In this document: one piece after another, positions 47,097 to 55,997 of the stretch
How the letters are laid out: every line of letters begins with the position of its first letter
Numbering within the stretch: position 1 is the first letter of the stretch
Assembly: GCF_016903815.1 (NCBI RefSeq)
Contig: NZ_CP069973.1
Origin: Escherichia coli
GTDB taxonomy: Bacteria > Pseudomonadota > Gammaproteobacteria > Enterobacterales > Enterobacteriaceae
DNA length: 64,000 bases
Direction: 5' to 3' (one strand)
Position numbers and translations under genes: made by a program
The notes under the pieces: generated by a model
The model's database searches: none
Told to the model about the DNA's origin: nothing
The model's input: the letters and a program-made list of their open reading frames with translations, nothing else

Positions 47097-47372
47097 TCAG
47101 ATTTCACCTTTTAATTTCATTGCAATTAGAGTTGCCAGAAATTCGGCTTTTTTTTCTGTGGGCAGATTCTTTCCGATATGCACCAGGCACATTTTTTTGA
47201 CACCTTCATCAAGTGTTTTTACGTTGCCTGATGGACCATCGATATCAACCACAGTGAATGGGGTTTCTTTATTTTCTGTTTTAATTACGTAGCCAATGCG
47301 CTTTCCTTCCAGATTCACCTCGTGAACAATGTCATCGGTAGTTACAACAGTGGCTTCATAATTGGTAATCAT
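47097..47372 (-). CDS. racC: Rac prophage protein RacC
   Basis: 91 aa from MITNYEATVV within ORF 47097-47420. Confidence 0.7.
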   Translation of the reverse strand: MITNYEATVVTTDDIVHEVNLEGKRIGYVIKTENKETPFTVVDIDGPSGNVKTLDEGVKKMCLVHIGKNLPTEKKAEFLATLIAMKLKGEI

Positions 47373-47446
47373 GTTTTTCTCCTTAATTAAGGTTGAGCGA
47401 ATACCTGCCATTTCTGGCATAAATTCAGTTTCGAATAGTCAATTAA

Positions 47447-47617
47447 TTAAAGTTCATGTGCCATCTGGTCTTTTTCGGCACAAGCTTCACTGCAATATTT
47501 TCTCGGTTCGTCTTTTGATAAAATCCCGTGCATGAAGTGAAGCATTCTTTCAATAGCTTTGCTTTCTTCAACGTCTTTTTTGCAAAGGTGGTAAGCACAT
47601 TTTATTTTCTTAGTCAT
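47447..47617 (-). CDS. ydaE: Small Cys-rich protein YdaE (56 aa)
   Basis: [56 protein letters not shown]; start overlaps kilR stop. Confidence 0.7.
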   Translation of the reverse strand: MTKKIKCAYHLCKKDVEESKAIERMLHFMHGILSKDEPRKYCSEACAEKDQMAHEL

Positions 47618-47838
47618 CACCATGACTCCGCCTTTACAGGTAAACCATCACGACCGAGGAAGACTTTAATCATGCGGTCAGTAATGCATGTTTTTGTGGT
47701 CAGGTTACGAATATATAGTTTTCGCTTTTTAATATTGTTTGCCGAGGCAATATATGTCCGGCCTTCATGAAGAACATAATCGCCAGGAGTCACACACTGA
47801 CGTGGTATTTCATCAGTTCCGAAGTGATGTGCAATCAT
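47617..47838 (-). CDS. kilR: Cell-division inhibitor KilR
   Basis: 73 aa from [14 protein letters not shown] within ORF 47617-47850. Confidence 0.85.
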   Translation of the reverse strand: MIAHHFGTDEIPRQCVTPGDYVLHEGRTYIASANNIKKRKLYIRNLTTKTCITDRMIKVFLGRDGLPVKAESW

Positions 47839-48279
47839 AATTATCTCCATTTTTACAAATGAACTTTGTTGATGCGGTGCCTGGTGCCTCCAGGTGACTG
47901 CAACCAGTTAACAATTACAGTCGGCTTTCCCACCCAAACCAATAAGGACTAACATGACTTTTAACTGTGCCACGTGCGCTTAGCCGCATTCACCGCATCA
48001 CAAAATTCACTTTAAAAAGGGCGGACATCAGCCGAACTTCAAGAAAAAAACTGATGCCGCCAGGACTACACACAGCAATGTCGTTATTTACAACCGGAGG
48101 CGCACTCCCACCATTTAAATTTAACAGACAAGACCGACTCTTTATGGATATCGGAAATGCGCCTTCGTGTTGTGCCCGGTTTTATTTCACCACCTCCGGG
48201 CTTCGGTGGTCTCGGCTATACCCCTACAGCGAGAGCTTGTGTTAACATTTCAATACCCTTACAGTTGAGAGTTATTGAT

Positions 48280-48768
48280 ATGTTGGATGTATTTACTCCA
48301 TTGTTGAAACTTTTTGCTAACGAGCCACTCGAAAGACTTATGTATACGATTATCATTTTTGGTCTCACTCTCTGGCTGATACCGAAAGAGTTTACTGTCG
48401 CATTCAATGCTTATACTGAAATACCTTGGCTCTTTCAGATTATCGTTTTTGCCTTTTCTTTCGTGGTCGCCATTTCCTTCTCAAGATTGCGAGCACATAT
48501 TCAAAAGCATTATTCATTACTACCAGAGCAACGAGTATTGCTTCGTTTATCTGAGAAAGAAATCGCTGTATTTAAAGATTTCCTTAAAACAGGAAATCTT
48601 ATTATCACTTCTCCTTGCCGTAACCCGGTTATGAAAAAATTAGAACGGAAGGGCATCATTCAACATCAGAGTGATAGCGCAAACTGTTCTTATTATCTCG
48701 TCACCGAAAAATACTCCCATTTTATGAAGTTATTCTGGAACAGCAGGAGTAGACGTTTTAATCGTTAG
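48280..48768 (+). CDS. sieB: Superinfection exclusion protein B
   Basis: 162 aa from MLDVFTPLLKLF; N-terminal TM helices. Confidence 0.85.
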   Translation: MLDVFTPLLKLFANEPLERLMYTIIIFGLTLWLIPKEFTVAFNAYTEIPWLFQIIVFAFSFVVAISFSRLRAHIQKHYSLLPEQRVLLRLSEKEIAVFKDFLKTGNLIITSPCRNPVMKKLERKGIIQHQSDSANCSYYLVTEKYSHFMKLFWNSRSRRFNR

Positions 48769-48920
48769 CTTACTGTGTGCTTCTCCAACCATCGGCGCGC
48801 ACCAGTTTCGGTTTTAAATGTTTTGCTTTTGGTATACGTCATGGCAGTGAACGTTCCATCCTGGTTGGGGAACACGCCGCACACCAGGGATTCGTTGTTG
48901 CCGAGGTCGATTTTTTGCAT
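48765..48920 (-). CDS. ydaF: Small Rac protein YdaF (51 aa)
   Basis: MQKIDLGNNESLVCGVFPNQDGTFTAMTYTKSKTFKTETGARRWLEKHTVS; overlaps sieB stop. Confidence 0.65.
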   Translation of the reverse strand: MQKIDLGNNESLVCGVFPNQDGTFTAMTYTKSKTFKTETGARRWLEKHTVS

Positions 48921-48930
48921 TTTGCGAATC

Positions 48931-49065
48931 TCACATCTTGTTGCTACGTATAGCGACTTCTGCCTGCCAGAGATCCCAGTCGTTGCTGCGTAAAGCCTGC
49001 ACAGCCTGGTTGTAAGTGATACCGCAACAATCCATCAAATACTGAACTACTTCGTAATGCACCAT
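48931..49065 (-). CDS. ydaG: Small Rac protein YdaG (44 aa)
   Basis: MVHYEVVQYLMDCCGITYNQAVQALRSNDWDLWQAEVAIRSNKM. Confidence 0.65.
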   Translation of the reverse strand: MVHYEVVQYLMDCCGITYNQAVQALRSNDWDLWQAEVAIRSNKM

Positions 49066-49352
49066 CTTATCTATCCCCTTAACGCCGGGTGGCGGAACTA
49101 ACTGCTGCACTGCAAAATTTGAATCCCGCCGTCATGTTCATACGCCTCGGGCTGGCTACTTAACCCCTGACCACTGCCTGGTAACTCGAAGTATTGCCCG
49201 GCGTTCTGTGGGGCGGGGTGGGTTGGTAGGTATATAATGTACTTTGTGTTCATCATTGTAAAGTACTTTAAGTACATTTTATGTATAAAAAAATGAGACG
49301 GGATAAAGTGAAGCACAAACCCGGAGGGGGACGCTACCGGATTTATGCTGGT

Positions 49353-49772
49353 TTAAGAGGCTTTTTGTTTTTTCTTTCGTGCTAACTCTTCGTAAATTGC
49401 ATTGTACTTCTGTTTTTTCTCCTCAAGAGTTTTTAAAAGTTCATCTGTCTCACTGTCAGGGAGCTCGTCCAGAAGGTCAATGATGATTTTTTGTCTTGGA
49501 TTTAACTCCTGATAGAAACGTATCTGTCCACTTTCTTCTGTATCCTCTCCCAAAAGATAGGTTGGTGTTGTTCCAATGAGTGTTGCTAATTCCCTTAATT
49601 TCTCTCGGCGAGGAATTGTTTCACCATTAAACCATTTGCTAACCGCTTTTGGTGTTAATTTCATTCGACGGGCAATTTCTGCCTGCCTTCCATGTTGTTC
49701 ATAACCAGCGTTTTCACAGGCTAGCGCAAGCCTACTGGCGAACTCTTTACGCGCTTTATCTTCATGAACCAT
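49353..49772 (-). CDS. racR: Prophage repressor RacR (cI-like, XRE HTH)
   Basis: 139 aa; HTH region; divergent from ydaS. Confidence 0.85.
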   Translation of the reverse strand: MVHEDKARKEFASRLALACENAGYEQHGRQAEIARRMKLTPKAVSKWFNGETIPRREKLRELATLIGTTPTYLLGEDTEESGQIRFYQELNPRQKIIIDLLDELPDSETDELLKTLEEKKQKYNAIYEELARKKKQKAS

Positions 49773-49851
49773 AAGTTCAATGATATTCGCTCTTGAATGT
49801 ACTGTCAGTTCTGTTATAGCATGTACTCAAAGTTCACATTGTGAGGGTGAT

Positions 49852-50106
49852 ATGAACCAGAAAACACTTGAAGATGTAATCAAAACTGTTCGCGTTTCTG
49901 TTGTGGCCGACGTTTGTGGTGTCAGCCAAAGAGCAATCTACAAATGGATGGATAACGGAAAATTGCCTCGCACAGAATATACCGGCGAAACAAATTACGC
50001 TGAAAAAATCGCTCATGCATCAAACGGATTATTTTCTGCCGATGCAATTTTAACTATTGGCAGAAATAAAACTACTACGAAAAAGCTGATGGGAGTTGAT
50101 TCATGA
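49852..50106 (+). CDS. ydaS: Cro-like HTH protein YdaS; start uncertain (ORF opens at 49780)
   Basis: GAGGG SD before ATG 49852; 4 nt overlap with ydaT. Confidence 0.7.
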   Translation: MNQKTLEDVIKTVRVSVVADVCGVSQRAIYKWMDNGKLPRTEYTGETNYAEKIAHASNGLFSADAILTIGRNKTTTKKLMGVDS

Positions 50107-50525
50107 AAATCAAGCATGAGCACATCGAATCAGTGTTGTTAGCCCTGGCAGCCGAAAAAGGGCAGGCGTGGGTCGCTAACGCAATTACTGAAGAATATCT
50201 GCGCCAGGGGGGCGGCGAATTGCCCCTGGTACCAGGCAAGGACTGGAACAATCAGCAGAATATCTATCATCGTTGGTTGAAAGGTGAAACGAATGCGCAA
50301 AGGGAAAAAATTCAGAAACTGATCCCTGCGGTTCTGGCAATTCTTCCTCGCGAGCTGCGTCACCGACTCTGCATCTTCGATACCCTGGAACGCCGTGCAT
50401 TACTGGCGGCACAGGATGCACTGAGTACGGCAATTGATGCGCATGATGATGCAGTCCAGGCCGTTTACCGTAAAGCACATTTCAGCGGCGGCGGTTCTCC
50501 TAGCGATTCTGTCGTAGTGCATTGA
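50103..50525 (+). CDS. ydaT: Rac prophage protein YdaT
   Basis: 140 aa; coupled to ydaS. Confidence 0.85.
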   Translation: MKIKHEHIESVLLALAAEKGQAWVANAITEEYLRQGGGELPLVPGKDWNNQQNIYHRWLKGETNAQREKIQKLIPAVLAILPRELRHRLCIFDTLERRALLAAQDALSTAIDAHDDAVQAVYRKAHFSGGGSPSDSVVVH

Positions 50526-50602
50526 TTGAAATTAATCGTACCGAACTGTTTTGTTCGGTATCAGTTAAATGTAACGCTGCGAGCGTTACAAGGTGAAAAC
50601 AA

Positions 50603-51391
50603 ATGGCTTCAAACTGGATAAAGCTCGAAGTTATTACGCCGGATAAGCCGGAAATATTCAGGCTTGCTGAGATTCTGAATATTGATCCAGATGCCGCATT
50701 AGGGAAAGTCATTCGCTTCTGGGCATGGGCGGATCAACAAATGATAGACGGTAACGCAGAGTGTAACGCTCGCGGCGTTACAAAAAGTGCAATAGATCGC
50801 ATCACTTTTATGGCTGGTTTTGCTGATGCGTTAATTCAGGTTGGATGGCTGGTCGAAACTAATGGTGTGTTGTCGCTTCCTAACTTTGAGCGCCATAACG
50901 GGAAAAGCTCTAAAAAACGGGCGGTTACAAACGAGAGAGTAACAAAAATACGAGAACTGAAACGAAAAGGTAACGCTGCCAGCGTTACAAAAACGGATCA
51001 AAAAGCGTTACCAGAGGAAGAGAAAGAGGAAGATATAAATACTTATCTCCCCCTAAATCCCCCTCGCCAAAAACGAGCGTCTAAAAAATTCGAACCGGAG
51101 GCTATCGAGCTGCCTGACTGGTTGCCGGAAACACTCTGGCATGAGTGGGTTCAGTTCAGGCAGGCATTGCGAAAACCGATTCGAACGGAGCAGGGCGCTA
51201 ACGGGGCGATACGGGAGCTGGAAAAATTCCGCCAGCAGGGTTTTTCACCTGAGCAGGTGATTCGACACAGCATCGCCAACGAATACCAGGGCTTGTTCGC
51301 GCCGAAAGGTGTTCGACCTGAGACGTTACTCCGACAGGTTAACACCGTCTCGTTACCGGATAGTGCGATCCCGCCAGGCTTCAGGGGGTAA
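50603..51391 (+). CDS. ydaU: Replication initiator (lambda O-like) YdaU
   Basis: 262 aa; palindromic repeats in the 5' third; followed by DnaC-like ydaV. Confidence 0.8.
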   Translation: MASNWIKLEVITPDKPEIFRLAEILNIDPDAALGKVIRFWAWADQQMIDGNAECNARGVTKSAIDRITFMAGFADALIQVGWLVETNGVLSLPNFERHNGKSSKKRAVTNERVTKIRELKRKGNAASVTKTDQKALPEEEKEEDINTYLPLNPPRQKRASKKFEPEAIELPDWLPETLWHEWVQFRQALRKPIRTEQGANGAIRELEKFRQQGFSPEQVIRHSIANEYQGLFAPKGVRPETLLRQVNTVSLPDSAIPPGFRG

Positions 51392-51397
51392 CTGACC

Positions 51398-52144
51398 ATG
51401 AAAAATATTGCGACAGGCGACGTTCTTGAACGTATCCGCAGACTGGCCCCGTCACATGTAACCGCGCCATTCAAGACGGTAGCGGAGTGGCGCGAGTGGC
51501 AACTTTCCGAAGGCCAGAAACGTTGTGAGGAGATCAACCGTCAGAATCGTCAGTTGCGGGTGGAAAAAATTCTGAATCACTCTGGCATCCAGCCATTGCA
51601 CCGCAAATGCTCGTTTTCGAATTACCAGGTGCAGAACGAAGGGCAGCGATACGCGTTGAGTCAGGCGAAATCCATCGCTGATGAACTGATGACCGGGTGT
51701 ACAAATTTTGCGTTCAGCGGAAAACCTGGTACCGGGAAGAACCACTTAGCGGCAGCTATCGGGAATCGCCTGCTGAAAGACGGTCAGACAGTGATTGTGG
51801 TTACCGTGGCTGATGTTATGAGTGCCCTGCACGCCAGCTATGACGACGGGCAGTCAGGCGAAAAATTTTTGCGGGAACTGTGCGAAGTGGATCTGCTGGT
51901 TCTTGATGAAATTGGCATTCAGCGCGAGACGAAAAACGAGCAGGTGGTACTGCACCAGATTGTTGATCGCCGGACAGCGTCGATGCGCAGCGTGGGGATG
52001 CTGACAAACCTGAACTATGAGGCCATGAAAACATTGCTTGGCGAGCGGATTATGGATCGCATGACCATGAACGGCGGGCGATGGGTGAATTTCAACTGGG
52101 AGAGCTGGCGTCCGAATGTCGTCCAGCCAGGAATTGCGAAGTAA
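51398..52144 (+). CDS. ydaV: DnaC-like helicase loader (lambda P equivalent)
   Basis: 248 aa; Walker [11 protein letters not shown]; Walker B LLVLDEIG. Confidence 0.9.
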   Translation: MKNIATGDVLERIRRLAPSHVTAPFKTVAEWREWQLSEGQKRCEEINRQNRQLRVEKILNHSGIQPLHRKCSFSNYQVQNEGQRYALSQAKSIADELMTGCTNFAFSGKPGTGKNHLAAAIGNRLLKDGQTVIVVTVADVMSALHASYDDGQSGEKFLRELCEVDLLVLDEIGIQRETKNEQVVLHQIVDRRTASMRSVGMLTNLNYEAMKTLLGERIMDRMTMNGGRWVNFNWESWRPNVVQPGIAK

Positions 52145-52166
52145 TTTTTACCGGGAGAAAAATTTA

Positions 52167-52928
52167 ATGGAGACTGTTTTTGACGTACTGAAAGCAATGG
52201 GAAAAGCCACATCCATAGAACTTGCTGCGCGACTTGATATCAGTCGTGAAGAAGTGCTGAACGAACTATGGGAACTGAAAAAGGCTGGTTTCGTTGATAA
52301 AAGCGCGTACACCTGGCGTGTGGCTGATAACAACGTTCAGCAGGAACAGCCAGCGCCGGCAGAACTGCCGGAAGAAACTACCACGGCAACAGTCGCGAAA
52401 ATTTCAGAGAGCGATTTAACTGCGACGATTGAACAACGTGGACCACAAACGGCGGATGAGCTGGCTACATTGTTTGGTACCACATCACGCAAAGTGGCTT
52501 CAACGCTGGCAATGGCAATCAGCAAAGGTCGTCTGCTTCGCGTAAATCAGGGCGGTAAATTTCGTTACTGCATACCGGGCGATAATTTACCAGCAGAGCC
52601 GAAAGCAGCATCGGTAGCGGAAACTGCTGGTAAGGCCTTTCCTCAGCCCGCAGGTGTTGCGTTACCAGTACAGGAGGCTGCAACACAGGAAGATATTAAA
52701 ACAGAAACTGTGGCGGACATTGTGCAGTCGCTGCCATCGTTTACTGAAACGCGAGCGGATGACCTGGTTTTACCATCACTGCATATGGCAAACCGCGAAC
52801 TGCGTCGGGCGAAAAATCATGTCCAGAAGTGGGAGCGTGTCTGCGCCGCGCTGCGGGAGCTGAACAAGCACAGGGATATTGTACGACAGATTACTGATTC
52901 TTCCCGCCATGTTGCATCGGAAAAGTGA
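52167..52928 (+). CDS. ydaW: Tandem winged-helix protein, apparent full-length form of the K-12 ydaW remnant
   Basis: ORF 52116-52928; start at [12 protein letters not shown]; two wHTH-like segments. Confidence 0.55.
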   Translation: METVFDVLKAMGKATSIELAARLDISREEVLNELWELKKAGFVDKSAYTWRVADNNVQQEQPAPAELPEETTTATVAKISESDLTATIEQRGPQTADELATLFGTTSRKVASTLAMAISKGRLLRVNQGGKFRYCIPGDNLPAEPKAASVAETAGKAFPQPAGVALPVQEAATQEDIKTETVADIVQSLPSFTETRADDLVLPSLHMANRELRRAKNHVQKWERVCAALRELNKHRDIVRQITDSSRHVASEK

Positions 52929-53366
52929 TTGCCGGAGGCACCTATGGCAAAAGTATTTACACCAGAAGAGCGGGAAAAAATTAAAGGGCAGGTTGTTGAA
53001 CTTGTACGTCTGAGCGGTCGCGAGACGTTACGGGCTCTGGAGGCTAAAACCGGTGCATCAAGGTATTACATAAGCACTCTCGCCAGAGAACTGGTCGCCA
53101 GTGGTGATGTTTACAATTCAGGCTACGGATTATTCCCGTCTGAGCAGGCGCGTAAAGACTGGCAAAACGCCCGCAAAAAACTATCGAGGGCAAAGGTGAA
53201 GAAACCTGCTGTAGTTGATCCGGACCTTATCTGGTCATTACCAGACGGAGAAATACGCCGCTATGACAGGCGTCTGAATATAATCTGTCGCGAGTGCCGG
53301 AAGAGCGAAGTCATGCAGCGTGTACTGGCGTTCTATCAGGGTAATTTTCAGGATGTGCTGTTGTGA
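52929..53366 (+). CDS. Hypothetical prophage protein (145 aa) with HTH-like segment
   Basis: ORF abutting the previous stop; prophage-typical codon usage. Confidence 0.55.
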   Translation: MPEAPMAKVFTPEEREKIKGQVVELVRLSGRETLRALEAKTGASRYYISTLARELVASGDVYNSGYGLFPSEQARKDWQNARKKLSRAKVKKPAVVDPDLIWSLPDGEIRRYDRRLNIICRECRKSEVMQRVLAFYQGNFQDVLL

Positions 53367-53527
53367 GCCAAATTAACAATCAGGGAACTGCGTGAACTGA
53401 AAGAGAAATCATAATCCAAATCTGAATAATTAAATTTAGCACTGTAAATAAAATTTAATCCTTAACCGGAGGGGGGGGCTGCACCCTCAAAATATTAGGA
53501 GGCGGCCCGAAAGGGCGGTAATGAAAA

Positions 53528-54031
53528 ATGACTGAATTAACCAAAAAGCAATTAATCGAAGAAGCTAAATTAAAAATAGCGATTGAGAAATGCCACCCCA
53601 ATTCAGGGATGGCACGGGTAGAGGGCGAATTATTCAAAATTGCTCTGGCATCGCTGGAAGCAGAGCCAGTTGGTGATTTTTATGAATACAAACCGGATGA
53701 CTGGTATCAGCGTTCGGCTGGAGATAAAGCGCCAAAATGGACGCCACCCTATGCCGTTTTTCCAGCGCCCGTAGTGCCGGAAGAAATGGATTTGCTTACA
53801 TGCCATCTCGATGGTGTAACTGAAACATATGCTGAGGGATGGAACGCTTGCCGCGCTGCCCTGCTTCAGGGCAAAGGGGAGCCCGGGAAACAAGTTCGCG
53901 AATTGACAATGCTGGTTAAACAATTGGTTAGTCAACTGAAGAAACCGAAACCGGGCTGCAAATTGCCGGATAAAGTGATGGACTACCTGGAGCGAAGCGG
54001 ACTTATAAGCGTGGAGGATGTTTTACGATGA
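53528..54031 (+). CDS. Hypothetical prophage protein (167 aa)
   Basis: ORF with AGGAGG SD upstream; no family recognised. Confidence 0.55.
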   Translation: MTELTKKQLIEEAKLKIAIEKCHPNSGMARVEGELFKIALASLEAEPVGDFYEYKPDDWYQRSAGDKAPKWTPPYAVFPAPVVPEEMDLLTCHLDGVTETYAEGWNACRAALLQGKGEPGKQVRELTMLVKQLVSQLKKPKPGCKLPDKVMDYLERSGLISVEDVLR

Positions 54032-54111
54032 CCTGGCCTGAAGCATTCACAACGGTAGGAATTGCGATGGCGGTGGCGCTGGTGGTGTATTCGATTTGCC
54101 GCTGGGGTTGA
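54028..54111 (+). CDS. Small hydrophobic peptide (27 aa) coupled to the upstream gene
   Basis: ATGA start/stop overlap; MTWPEAFTTVGIAMAVALVVYSICRWG; one predicted TM helix. Confidence 0.4.
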   Translation: MTWPEAFTTVGIAMAVALVVYSICRWG

Positions 54112-54124
54112 TAATACTAAATAA

Positions 54125-54143
54125 CCAGCCCTTATGGGGCTGG
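54125..54143. terminator. Bidirectional hairpin terminator
   Basis: CCAGCCC-TTAT-GGGGCTGG between convergent genes. Confidence 0.6.
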
Positions 54144-54151
54144 CTAATCAT

Positions 54152-54925
54152 TTAGAACTGTTCATTGCCATCGAGGTTAGGTAGCATAATTTTTTCAATC
54201 AAGGCGAGAGCCTTTTTGTCCCGGTCAGCGAAGTATTTCGGGGCATATTGCGGCAACCAAATATTGTTAAAATGTTCTTTGAAATCTGCTAAATATTCAT
54301 TTGGGTACAGCCTTGCAGGGTATACGCGACCATCGGGATATTCATGGTCATAGGTAGGGAATGTTTTGGGTTCTACGTTTCTATTATCTCTTAACCATTG
54401 TGAAAATACTCTTCCTTGTGAAATGTCAGGAACCATTTTTTCTGGGAGTGTGTACCCTGCTTGTTCAAGAGGTGCAACCAAGTTGAATGTCAGTTCATTA
54501 AGAATAGAAAAGTGCGTGTGAGGAATTCTACTACGATTAACCATGTACCGTTTTAAATGTACAGGCATTTCTGCTGTAGTTCTTTCCCCTGACATCCATT
54601 CACGAACCCATCTTGAAACCTGGACTGCAAATTTGGGCGATAGCCACTGCGCTAGATTAATAGCGATGTCAGGATGCACCCATGTCCCTTGGTTTTCAGG
54701 TCTTCCACCTTTAAATGATTGAATTAACTCCGATATGGGAATTCCCATATCGCGTGATAATTCGTCAAAAAACTCTTGAGTAGTTTTGAGTCTAGTGTAA
54801 TCAGAGAGCAGTTTGCCCGCAGTTCTACACATTGATGTGGCGTTTATGTAACCATCTTTGGCACGTAAATGTATTATTTCGCCGTCAATTTCACGAGAAA
54901 TCAAAGATAATTGAAAGGATGTCAT
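54152..54925 (-). CDS. KilA-N domain protein (antirepressor-like) with uncharacterised C-terminal domain
   Basis: 257 aa; N-terminal KilA-N/APSES-like region. Confidence 0.7.
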   Translation of the reverse strand: MTSFQLSLISREIDGEIIHLRAKDGYINATSMCRTAGKLLSDYTRLKTTQEFFDELSRDMGIPISELIQSFKGGRPENQGTWVHPDIAINLAQWLSPKFAVQVSRWVREWMSGERTTAEMPVHLKRYMVNRSRIPHTHFSILNELTFNLVAPLEQAGYTLPEKMVPDISQGRVFSQWLRDNRNVEPKTFPTYDHEYPDGRVYPARLYPNEYLADFKEHFNNIWLPQYAPKYFADRDKKALALIEKIMLPNLDGNEQF

Positions 54926-55447
54926 TGAAAATTCCTCAAGTTGGAGAGTTCTGGAACATTAAGGCGAGGTGGCAGTAATGCACCATCTGTAATCTTTTGA
55001 TACTGACGTAATCGGGCCTGATGTGCAACGCCTTGCAAGTATGTAACTCATTGAAAACGATCATTTTTATCTATTGACATCAAATGGCAAACTGTCATTG
55101 TGCGGCTATGGCAAGTGGCAAATGCTTATAAATCATATGGATATAAATAGTACAGAAAGAGTTGTTTTCTCTAGGATATGAGTATACGCCCAATGCTGAT
55201 TGGTTGAATTTTGTTCTTGTTTTAAAGGGTAAGAGTTTAAAGTGTTGGCAGTGATGTATTGGATAGTTAGAATTGCTGTGGGTGCTTGAGGCTATCTGCC
55301 TCGGGCATGAACACCAAAGGTAGATAGAGAAAAGCCCCAGTTAACATTACGCGTCCTGCAAGACGTTTAACATTAATCTGAGGCCATATCTATGCGACAC
55401 ATAGAGATTAGCCTCTTACGGACCGAAAGGTCAAGGAGAAGCAGGCT

Positions 55448-55573
55448 ATGAAGCAGCAAAAGGCGATGTTAATCGCCCTGATCGTCATCTGTTTAACCGT
55501 CATAGTGACGGCACTGGTAACGAGGAAAGACCTCTGCGAGGTACGAATCCGAACTGGCAGACGGAGGCTCTGA
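55448..55573 (+). CDS. Hok/Gef-family type I toxin homolog (HokD-like) with divergent C-terminus
   Basis: MKQQKAMLIALIVICLTVIVTALVTRKDLCEVRIRTG matches HokD N-terminus; frame then ends early (41 aa vs about 51); short upstream ORF ends on the hok ATG. Confidence 0.65.
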   Translation: MKQQKAMLIALIVICLTVIVTALVTRKDLCEVRIRTGRRRL

Positions 55574-55655
55574 TTCGTAGACTACTAATCTGAGTAAAAG
55601 ACCCAGCGGGGAAAGAACCACGCCGGGACTAGTTAATAAGATATTTATAGCGTGG

Positions 55656-55997
55656 CTATTCTTTTTTTGCGGTATAGACTTTTTCGCCTGAGAAGTCTGG
55701 AGCTACCCAAAAGTTAATATTAAACTGAGCATCATCGCTTAGTTCAACACGGTGCCAGTATTGTGGTGGGCTTGTTGCAAAAGCGCCAGCATTAATGACT
55801 ACTTTTATCTCCGGTTCAGTAGCATTCTCATCAGCAAAACCATAATATGTTACAGTACCTTCCATCACGCATAACTGTCCAAAAACACCTGCTGCTGTAT
55901 TATGATGTGTTAATAACGCTGAAGGTACGTTCTCTTTTGTGAAGAACGGAGTTGAGCGTTTGATTACCCAGTCTTTAGGAATTCTCTTGTGTGTCAT
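55656..55997 (-). CDS. YeaR-like DUF1971 protein
   Basis: 113 aa from MTHKRIPKDW; GGGAGGTGG SD; resembles E. coli YeaR pattern. Confidence 0.55.
   Translation of the reverse strand: MTHKRIPKDWVIKRSTPFFTKENVPSALLTHHNTAAGVFGQLCVMEGTVTYYGFADENATEPEIKVVINAGAFATSPPQYWHRVELSDDAQFNINFWVAPDFSGEKVYTAKKE

Noticed and set aside
47967-48245. 92 aa plus-strand ORF in the kilR-sieB intergenic region
   Set aside because: No SD, Arg/Ser-rich low-complexity translation; more likely promoter/operator DNA
48775-48993. 72 aa plus-strand ORF after sieB
   Set aside because: Antisense to the SD-preceded small genes ydaF and ydaG on the minus strand
53471-53478. G8 tract as proof of phase variation
   Set aside because: A single sequence cannot show length variation and it may be a homopolymer sequencing artefact; kept only as a hypothesis
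53455-53637. 60 aa minus-strand ORF across the G8 tract
   Set aside because: Covers the leader and 5' end of the plus-strand gene at 53528, which has a strong SD; likely fortuitous
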